Source of the DNA: Sandaracinaceae bacterium
GTDB lineage: Bacteria > Myxococcota_A > Polyangia > Polyangiales > Sandaracinaceae
Assembly (NCBI GenBank): GCA_044220955.1
Contig: JBGAQA010000003.1
Span: forward strand, 124,966 to 152,860
Direction: 5' to 3'
DNA: 27,895 nt
This document shows, in pieces, positions 20,801-27,895 of the stretch. Every line of letters begins with the position of its first letter. Position 1 is the stretch's first letter. A program made the translations under genes and the position numbers. The notes under the pieces were generated by a model. The model did no database searches. It was not told where the DNA came from and saw only the letters and a list, made by a program, of their open reading frames with translations.

Positions 20801-23800
20801 TCAGTCCGAGAACAGCTCGTCGAGGTCGGCCTTGGTCAGGCCCTTGAGCTGGGTGCCTTCGGTCGAGAGCACGTTCTCCATCAGCGTGCGCTTCTTGTCC
20901 GAGAGCTGGAGGATCTTCTCCTCGACCGTGCCCTTGGCGATCAGGCGGTAGACCGTGACCACCTTGCTCTGCCCGATGCGGTGCGCGCGGTCTGTGGCCT
21001 GGTCCTCGACCGCGGGGTTCCACCAGGGATCGAAGTGCACCACGGTGTCCGCGCCCGTCAGGTTGAGGCCCGTGCCCCCCGCCTTCAGCGAGATGAGGAA
21101 GATGTTCACCTTCTCGTCCTCGTTGAAGTGATCGACGCGCTCCTGGCGATCCTTGGTCGATCCGTCGAGGTACTCGTAGGTGATCTTGTCCTCGTCCATC
21201 GCGGCCTGGATGAGCTTGAGCATCTCCACGAACTGCGAGAACACGAGCACGCGGTGACCGCCCTGCGCGGCCTCGCTGATGATCTCGCGCAGCGCGTTGA
21301 GCTTGCCGCTCGTGTCGTCCGACCACTCGCCGTTGAGCTTGGTCAGGCGCGGGTCGCAGGCGGCCTGCCGCAGGCGCGTGAGCGCCGCGAGGATCTGGAT
21401 GTGCGCCTTGCCGACGCCCACCTTGTCGACCTCGCTCATCACGCTGGCGCGCACCTTCTGCAGCATCTGCTTGTAGAGCTTGGCCTGCTCGTCGGCCAAG
21501 GGGACGACGATCTCCTGCTCGATCTTCGCGGGCAGCTCGGGCGCGACCTCGCTCTTGGTGCGGCGCATGACGAGCGGCCGGACGATGGCGCGGAGCTTCC
21601 GGATGGTCTCCTCGTCGCCGCGCTCGACGGGGCGCGCGTACTTCTCCTCGAAGGTCTTGAGCGAGCCGAGCAGGCCCGGAGACACGAAGTCGAGGATCGA
21701 CCAGATCTCCGACAGGCGGTTCTCGATCGGAGTGCCGGTCAGTGCGAGGCGCCGGTCGCTCTTGAGCTTCTTCGCCGCACGCGCCGTCGCGCTGAGCGGG
21801 TTCTTGATGTGCTGGGCCTCGTCGAGGATGACGTAGCGGAAGTCGAGATCCTGCAGCAGTTCCTCGTCACGGCGGAGAAGCGCGTACGACGTCAGCACCA
21901 CGTCGCTCTCCTCGATCTGCGCCCTGTTCTCGTGCCGGTCGCCACCCTGCCAGAGCAGGGTGGTGATCGATGGGGCGAACTTCTCGATCTCTCGCGCCCA
22001 GTTCGGCACGACCGACGTCGGCGCGACGACCAGCGTCGGCTTGTGGGTGTCCTTGAACTTCGCCTTCGCCCAGCACAGCAGGGCGATGGTCTGGAGCGTC
22101 TTGCCGAGGCCCATGTCGTCGGCGAGGATGCCGCCCGTCTTCAGCTCGTGCAGGAACACGAGCCACGAGAAGCCGCGCTTCTGGTAGTCGCGGAACTCCT
22201 TCACCTTCAGCGTGCGGGGCTTGGCGACCTGCTCGATGTCCGCGACGTCCTCGAGCTTTCCGAAGAGCTCCTTGGCACCCGGCGAGACGCTCTGCTGCGT
22301 GCCGACGAGCCGCAGCAGCTCCTGCACCCGGCCGGCCTGCGCCAGCGGGATCTTGCCGGGGCCCGAGCCCGCGACGATCTCGGCCATGCGCTCCATGACC
22401 TCGGCGACCTCGTCGGCGCGCAGGGGCGCGTAGCTTCCGTCGGGGAGCTTCACGAGGCGGCGCCCCTTCTCGAGCGCGCTCCGCAGCTCGTCCTCGTCGA
22501 CGGCGATGCCGCCGACGGTGAACGCCACGTCCAGCGAGAGCCAGTCGACGCCACTTCCGACGCGCACCTGCGGCGTCACCGACGCGTCGCGGATCTTCAC
22601 CGCGCGCAGGTCGCTGGGGACCAGCTTCTCCCACTCCGCGGGGAGCTTCGTGATCCCGTCGGTCCAGAACTTGATGGCGGGGTCGCCGTGGGCGGCGAGA
22701 CCCTCCTTCGACTCGTCGGGCGTCAGGCCCTGGTCGAGGATCTTCTGCAGCGCGATGAGCTCCGCGCCCACGTCGCGGCGCACGACGCGGGGGCGCGCGC
22801 CCGGCTCCTTGGGCGGCAGCACCGCCAGCGGCGCCGGCAGCCCGGACGAAGGAACGGGGAAGAGCTGTTCGTTGTACGAGACCTGCAGCTTCACCGAGGC
22901 GTCGAGGATGTCGCCGTCGGTCTGGAGCCGGAACTTCGGCGCGGCGTCCACGACGTCCGCGACCTGCGCGATGTCCGGCAGCTCGGCGCTCAGCAGCGCC
23001 GCGAGCTTGGGCAGCAGCTCGCCGAGCAGCTTCGGTAGCTCGGCGACCGGGCAGATGAGCGCTGGCGAGCGATAGAGCCGCGTCAGCCATGCGGGCGTCA
23101 CCTGCTCGGCGACCGTGCGCGCGATGCCCTCGGTCGTGTCCACGTGCCAGCCGGGCGTGCCCTCGAACCAAGCGCCGCTCGAGAGCGGGAAGCGGCGGAC
23201 GCCGTTCTTCGTCTCGAACACGACGCGCACGCGGCACGTCTTGGCGTTCGCCTGGTCGAGCTCGATGCGCGGCCGCAGGGGCTCTTCCGAGAAGCGCAGC
23301 TCCATCGAGGCCGGCTCGAGCAGCACGCGCTTGTCGCGCAACATGGAGAGCACCTCTGCGGCCTCCTCGCCCCGGATCTCCGCGGTGGACGCGCCGCCCC
23401 GCGTCGCGTGCCGCGCGAGCGCGCGCATCACCGGTCGCATGGACGCGGCCACGCCGTTCCACGCGCCGAGCGCGTCGGCGATCGGCACGGGGGTGCGCGT
23501 CCCGGCCACGACGGGCGTGATCGCGATCGAGGCCGACCGGACCTGCATGCGGAACTCGAGGTCGACGGGCTTGCGCCCCTCGTCCGGGCTCGGCAACCAC
23601 GCGTCGAAGATGGACCGCGCGTCCGGGATCCCATCGCGCGAGGGCGCGAGCCCGGGCCCATGCGCTCCGGCGTCGAGCCGCAGGCTGCTACCAGGCTCCC
23701 GCAGCCCCCCGTCTCGGAGGGCTTCTCGCGGCAGCGAGGGGTCACGCATCGCGACGGATGACCCGCCGCCTCCGCCGAACATGTCGAGGTGTCCGGCCTC

Positions 23801-24427
23801 GCCGCGGCGGCGGCGGCGCGATCGGCGGCGCTTGCCACCCACCGACACCGTGTGGGCGATCGCGGGGGCGAGCTCGACGCCGGCGCTGGCGGAGGAGCGC
23901 GGGATGGAGCCGTCGTTCTTCACGACGAGGGGCATGCCGTCGTTGCCCGGCTTCGGGCGTGGCGGGCGCTCGCGATCGCGCAGCGCCACGAGGAGCGCTG
24001 CGACGTGCTTGCAGTGCTGCGTGGGCCCTCGAAAGCCAGCGCACGTGCACGACGAGGTCCAGGTCCCCTCGGGGGTCAGCGTGACCCGCGGCTCGTAGGT
24101 GTCCTGCTTGACGTGGATGTGCCCGGAGGCCGTGCTCCCGTCCGTGTCGAGATCCTTGACCTCGCTGCGCCGCGCGTACTGCCGGCCTCGCAGGAATGCG
24201 TTTCCGCCCACCACGCGCTGGATCGCGCGATCGGAGAACTTCGAGAGGTGCTGCGCGACCCGGCTCGGATCGGGGGTGCGGGCAGCCTCGGCGGGGGCGC
24301 CGCCCGCGGCGGTCTCGTCGTCGCCCTCGGCCTCGTCCTCGTCTTCGTCGATCTCGGGCTCGTTGTCGTCGTCGAGGGGGAGGAGCGCTCCGTCGTTCTC
24401 GAAGTCGTCGGGTGTGTGCTCGGACAT
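20801..24427 (-). CDS. SWIM zinc-finger SNF2-family helicase/ATPase
   Basis: SWIM CTC-x9-CKH, GILADDMGLGKT, LDEAQHIKN, LTGTPIENRL, LVFSQF, SLKAGGTGLNL, DPWWNPAVEDQATDRAHRIGQ; AAGGA SD. Confidence 0.94.
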   Translation of the reverse strand: MSEHTPDDFENDGALLPLDDDNEPEIDEDEDEAEGDDETAAGGAPAEAARTPDPSRVAQHLSKFSDRAIQRVVGGNAFLRGRQYARRSEVKDLDTDGSTASGHIHVKQDTYEPRVTLTPEGTWTSSCTCAGFRGPTQHCKHVAALLVALRDRERPPRPKPGNDGMPLVVKNDGSIPRSSASAGVELAPAIAHTVSVGGKRRRSRRRRRGEAGHLDMFGGGGGSSVAMRDPSLPREALRDGGLREPGSSLRLDAGAHGPGLAPSRDGIPDARSIFDAWLPSPDEGRKPVDLEFRMQVRSASIAITPVVAGTRTPVPIADALGAWNGVAASMRPVMRALARHATRGGASTAEIRGEEAAEVLSMLRDKRVLLEPASMELRFSEEPLRPRIELDQANAKTCRVRVVFETKNGVRRFPLSSGAWFEGTPGWHVDTTEGIARTVAEQVTPAWLTRLYRSPALICPVAELPKLLGELLPKLAALLSAELPDIAQVADVVDAAPKFRLQTDGDILDASVKLQVSYNEQLFPVPSSGLPAPLAVLPPKEPGARPRVVRRDVGAELIALQKILDQGLTPDESKEGLAAHGDPAIKFWTDGITKLPAEWEKLVPSDLRAVKIRDASVTPQVRVGSGVDWLSLDVAFTVGGIAVDEDELRSALEKGRRLVKLPDGSYAPLRADEVAEVMERMAEIVAGSGPGKIPLAQAGRVQELLRLVGTQQSVSPGAKELFGKLEDVADIEQVAKPRTLKVKEFRDYQKRGFSWLVFLHELKTGGILADDMGLGKTLQTIALLCWAKAKFKDTHKPTLVVAPTSVVPNWAREIEKFAPSITTLLWQGGDRHENRAQIEESDVVLTSYALLRRDEELLQDLDFRYVILDEAQHIKNPLSATARAAKKLKSDRRLALTGTPIENRLSEIWSILDFVSPGLLGSLKTFEEKYARPVERGDEETIRKLRAIVRPLVMRRTKSEVAPELPAKIEQEIVVPLADEQAKLYKQMLQKVRASVMSEVDKVGVGKAHIQILAALTRLRQAACDPRLTKLNGEWSDDTSGKLNALREIISEAAQGGHRVLVFSQFVEMLKLIQAAMDEDKITYEYLDGSTKDRQERVDHFNEDEKVNIFLISLKAGGTGLNLTGADTVVHFDPWWNPAVEDQATDRAHRIGQSKVVTVYRLIAKGTVEEKILQLSDKKRTLMENVLSTEGTQLKGLTKADLDELFSD

Positions 24428-24686
24428 CAGAGTCCTTGGTCGTCCCAGAGGAAAAGGGGCAATGGCCTGGAAACCCCGCGGGCGCCGGCCGGTTACCGGT
24501 CATCCCATCGCTCCTGCGTCCGCCCGGCAGGCCGCTTGCGGCCCGTCGAGCGGCTCCACCGAGGCAGCGTGTCTTGGACCACGCGCGGAGCGGAACGGAT
24601 CCATGGGCTTATGGCATGCATGCCCAGACGGCGCAAGCCCTCGCGAGCAGCCGGCGCCGGCCCGAAGCTGGTATCCTGCCCTGCCC

Positions 24687-25655
24687 ATGTCGGTGACGTT
24701 CCAAGACATCCTGCGCGCGTGGCCGGTGGTGCATCGCTGGGTGCCGCGCACGCCGCTCTACCGATACTCGCTCCTCTCGGCCCGCTGGGGCTTCGACTGC
24801 TTCGTCAAGCACGAGAACCACCTGCCGATCGGAGCGTTCAAGGTGCGGGGTGGGGTGAACCTGTTCGCCAACCTGAGCGACTCGCAGCGCTCGCGCGGCG
24901 TGATCACGGCGACCCGCGGCAACCACGGGCTCTCGCTCGCGTGGGCCGCTCGTAGCTTCGGCTCGCGCGCGATCATCTACGTTCCGAAGGGGAACAACCC
25001 CGAGAAGAACGCGATCATGCAGACCCTCGGGGCCGAGGTCATCGAGCACGGCAGGGACTTCGACGACGCCCGTGCCGAGGCGGAGGCGCGGGCCAAGAAC
25101 GACTCGCTCCGCTACGTTCACCCGGCGAACGAGCCGCTGCTCATCGCAGGTGTCGGCACCTACGCCATGGAGATCGCCGAGGAGCTTCCCGACGCCGATG
25201 CCATCTTCGTTCCGATCGGGGGCGGGAGCCTGGTCTCCGGGACCGTCGTCGCGCTGCGCACGCTCCGGCCGGGGATGAAGATCTACGGCGTGCAGGCCGA
25301 GAGAGCCGACGCGCTCGCTCGCTCGCTCGAGCACGGCCGGCTCGAGACGATCGAGCGGGCGGACACGTTCGCGGACGGCCTCGCGACGCGGTACGCGTTC
25401 GAGCTGCCCTTCGAGATCCTCGGGACGAACAAGCTCGACGGTATCGTTCGCGTCAGCGAGAGCGAGATGCAGGATGCCGTGAAGCTCGCGCTGGAGGGCA
25501 CGCACAACGCGGCCGAGGGCGCGGCCGCCGCGGCGTACGCGGCGGCGTACAAGATGCAGCGGGAGCTGCGAGGCAAGAAGGTCGTGATCGTCCACAGCGG
25601 CCACAACATCGACCGCAACACGCTCCGCTGGGCGCTCGGGCTCTTCGACGCCTAG
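24687..25655 (+). CDS. PLP-dependent threonine/serine dehydratase-family enzyme (no ACT domain)
   Basis: KHENHLPIGAFKVRGG (PLP lysine), ATRGNHG, VPIGGGS, TFADGLA, AEGAAAA, SGHNID. Start set at ATG 24687. Confidence 0.9.
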   Translation: MSVTFQDILRAWPVVHRWVPRTPLYRYSLLSARWGFDCFVKHENHLPIGAFKVRGGVNLFANLSDSQRSRGVITATRGNHGLSLAWAARSFGSRAIIYVPKGNNPEKNAIMQTLGAEVIEHGRDFDDARAEAEARAKNDSLRYVHPANEPLLIAGVGTYAMEIAEELPDADAIFVPIGGGSLVSGTVVALRTLRPGMKIYGVQAERADALARSLEHGRLETIERADTFADGLATRYAFELPFEILGTNKLDGIVRVSESEMQDAVKLALEGTHNAAEGAAAAAYAAAYKMQRELRGKKVVIVHSGHNIDRNTLRWALGLFDA

Positions 25656-26122
25656 TGCCGCGCCCGAGCGCCACGGTCCGCCTGGCCTACCAGGCGCGCC
25701 TGCTCCTGGTGTCGATCGCGGGCATCGTGGGGGCGACGATGGCGTGCGTGGGGATTGGCCTGCGCGCGCTGGGGGATGTCGGCGGCGCCGCGGTCGTTGG
25801 AGCGTTCGGGGTGCTCGCCTTCAGCACTTGGCTGGGCTGGATCGACTACGTCTCCGCGACGACGCTCGCGCTCGACGGGGCGGGGCTGACCCTCGCGGGT
25901 CGGCGGATTCCGTGGGCGGCGATCCGCGCGGTCGGGCGGGCCACGGGGCCGTTTCGCCTCTCCGTCGCGACGGACGCGGGGACCGTGCGCCTCCAGCTGC
26001 TGGTGATCGACAGGCCGATCCCGGCGCTCAAGCTCCTCGTCGCGGAGGCGGCCCGCGCCGGTGCGAAGGTCGAGCCCTACCTGGTGCGCCTCGCCGAGCT
26101 CGCCGAGGAAGAGGACGCGTGA
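25655..26122 (+). CDS. hypothetical membrane protein (2 TM plus small beta-rich domain)
   Basis: GTG overlaps the TAG of the upstream gene; two hydrophobic segments then LALDGAGLTL..RRIPWAAI (PH-like pattern). Confidence 0.7.
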   Translation: MPRPSATVRLAYQARLLLVSIAGIVGATMACVGIGLRALGDVGGAAVVGAFGVLAFSTWLGWIDYVSATTLALDGAGLTLAGRRIPWAAIRAVGRATGPFRLSVATDAGTVRLQLLVIDRPIPALKLLVAEAARAGAKVEPYLVRLAELAEEEDA

Positions 26123-26266
26123 GCGCCTGCGCTCGAGGCGCGGCGCTTCTCGGCCGTCTCGGTCGTCGGCGGGCTGCGTGCGCTCCCGTCGGGACCGCCG
26201 TCGGCCGGCGTGTCGACGCGTTGCGTCGGGGGATGCTCGCTGTTAAGTCGGCTGCCCGACTGGGTC

Positions 26267-27754
26267 ATGGCGGCGGGTGACGACACTCCGGCGGGGCTTC
26301 CGAGCCACCGCCCGCTGCCCTCGGTGGACATCCCGATCTTCCGGGACGACATCGCGCGCACGCGCAAGAACCGAACGATCCTCGGCGTCGTCGCCGGCAC
26401 GGTCGCGGCGCTGGCGCTCGGCCTCACCGCCATCGTGCCCCGCTGCGCCGGAGGCGAAGATCCGGCCGAGCCGCCGCCGGCATCCGGTGCGGCCGTGCCG
26501 CTGGGCCTGGGCTACGTCGCGCCCGTCGACGCAGGTCCGCCGCCCGTCGACGCGTACGTGCTGATCGCGGAGCCGACGCGCGTCGAGACCACGCCGGAAC
26601 AGACGCGCTCGATGCACACCTTCGGCACCGCGGCGGGTTTTCGGCCGGCGCTGACGAGCACCGGGATGAGCGGCGCGGACGCGGATGCGGTGATCGCCGC
26701 GCTCGACGACGTGATGGACTTCCGCCGCTGCCGGCCTGACGACGAGATGATCCTCGTGCGCGACGCGGCCGGGACGCTGACGCGCTTCGAGTACCACGCG
26801 TCGATCACGCAGATCTACGAGGCGGTCCGCGCGCAGGGCGAGGTCTTCGAGGGCCATCAGGTCGAGGTGCCCATCGACACCGTGCGCCTCGCGCGCGGCG
26901 GGACCGTGACGACCTCGCTGGGCGCGGCGCTCGACGCGGCGGGGCTCGGCCGGACGCTCGTCGGCACGTTCGTGGACGTGTTCGAGGGGCGCATCGACTT
27001 CAACACCGAGACGCGCAGCGGCGATGCGTTCCGGGTCCTCGTCGATCAGGACAGCATCGACGGGACGTTCCTGCGTTACGGGCAGGTGCGCGCGATCGAG
27101 TACCGCAGCCAGCGTCGCGGGGTGCTCAGCGCGTACTACTTCGTCCCGCGCGACGGGCAGGGCGATTTCTACGACGCGACGGGCCGGCAGATGCACGGCG
27201 GCTGGCTCCGCACGCCGCTGCACTACGATCACATCAGCTCGCCCTTCGACATGCACCGCATGCACCCGGTGCTCCACCGCGTGATGCCGCACAACGGGAT
27301 CGACTTCGCCGCGGGCACCGGCACGCCGGTGTGGGCGGCGGCGGACGGCGAGATCACGTTCGCCGGCCCGCGCGGGCCGAACGGGAACCTCATCACCATC
27401 GCGCACGAAGGCGGCTTCGAGAGCTGCTACGCGCACCTCTCGCGCTTCGCGAGCGGGATGACGCGCGGAAGAGAAGTGCACCAGCGCGAGGTGATCGGCT
27501 ACGTCGGATCGACGGGGCGCTCGACGGGCCCGCACCTGCACTTCGGGCTCAAGCACCACGGCGCGTTCGTGGATCCCGCGAGCGAGCTCAACGGGCAGGG
27601 GCGGATGCTGCCGGCCGGGCAGATCGGGCGGTATCGCACCGAGATGGCCGAGCTGCGCACGGCGATCGAGGCGGTGGTGATCCCCGAGGTCGCCGAGACG
27701 GGGGCGCCGGCGGACGCGACGCCGGCGGCGGCCGACCCGGGGGCGATGGACTGA
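26267..27754 (+). CDS. membrane-anchored M23 peptidoglycan DD-endopeptidase (MepM-like)
   Basis: N-terminal TM, IDFNTETRSGDAF, ISSPF...RMHPVL, HNGIDFAA, YAHLS, YVGSTGRSTGPHLHF. Start set at ATG 26267. Confidence 0.92.
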   Translation: MAAGDDTPAGLPSHRPLPSVDIPIFRDDIARTRKNRTILGVVAGTVAALALGLTAIVPRCAGGEDPAEPPPASGAAVPLGLGYVAPVDAGPPPVDAYVLIAEPTRVETTPEQTRSMHTFGTAAGFRPALTSTGMSGADADAVIAALDDVMDFRRCRPDDEMILVRDAAGTLTRFEYHASITQIYEAVRAQGEVFEGHQVEVPIDTVRLARGGTVTTSLGAALDAAGLGRTLVGTFVDVFEGRIDFNTETRSGDAFRVLVDQDSIDGTFLRYGQVRAIEYRSQRRGVLSAYYFVPRDGQGDFYDATGRQMHGGWLRTPLHYDHISSPFDMHRMHPVLHRVMPHNGIDFAAGTGTPVWAAADGEITFAGPRGPNGNLITIAHEGGFESCYAHLSRFASGMTRGREVHQREVIGYVGSTGRSTGPHLHFGLKHHGAFVDPASELNGQGRMLPAGQIGRYRTEMAELRTAIEAVVIPEVAETGAPADATPAAADPGAMD

Positions 27755-27872
27755 GAGAGGTCGAGGGCGAGCCGCGGGCGCAGCCCGCAAACAGGAGACA
27801 CAGGCGGCGCAACGCGCGGCGCAGATCGCGTCGGGCAGCCCGGTCGCACGAAGCTGCTTCCGGATCCTCGCA

Positions 27873-27895
27873 GCGAGGGCGAGGGCGAGGGCGAG
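27873..27895. repeat. (GCGAGG)n hexamer tandem repeat running to the window end
   Basis: Three full copies plus one 5-nt partial copy. Confidence 0.8.

Noticed and set aside
26250..27840. 11-bp inverted match (GGCTGCCCGAC / GTCGGGCAGCC) bracketing the second M23 gene
   Set aside because: Short, GC-rich, no target duplication or transposase; the enclosed gene looks housekeeping.
27873..27895. (GCGAGG)n as a phase-variation tract
   Set aside because: Truncated at the window edge with no visible gene context; could be low-complexity coding or intergenic sequence.

Overview
Very GC-rich (~70%+ by eye) bacterial chromosomal segment. Gene content suggests Myxococcota, Polyangiales/Sandaracinaceae-like (inference from the ECF/TPR anti-sigma pair, Zn-ribbon Ser/Thr kinase and Uma2 nuclease). 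Order: a truncated gene coupled to ribF, an M23 peptidase, full-length Lhr helicase, ECF sigma plus membrane anti-sigma-like gene, a hypothetical membrane protein, glgB plus a GH57/DUF3536 hydrolase, dnaE, a ROK/polyphosphate glucokinase, a Hanks-type kinase, a Uma2 endonuclease, a SWIM-SNF2 ATPase, a PLP threonine-dehydratase-like enzyme, a small membrane protein and a second M23 peptidase. No rRNA, tRNA, CRISPR or transposase gene was seen. The most unusual object is a 145-bp, gap-free, lower-GC (57%) palindrome at 13676-13820 between the convergent GH57 and dnaE genes. It has GGGGTCAC termini, 7 G-T versus 0 A-C mismatches on the + strand, and an adjacent exact 18-bp tandem duplication, making it a candidate non-autonomous mobile element or structured RNA. 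A second pattern is a TANNNT box only 6-11 nt upstream of several start codons that lack a Shine-Dalgarno, suggesting leaderless or near-leaderless mRNAs. I cannot support a clearly new multi-gene system from sequence alone.
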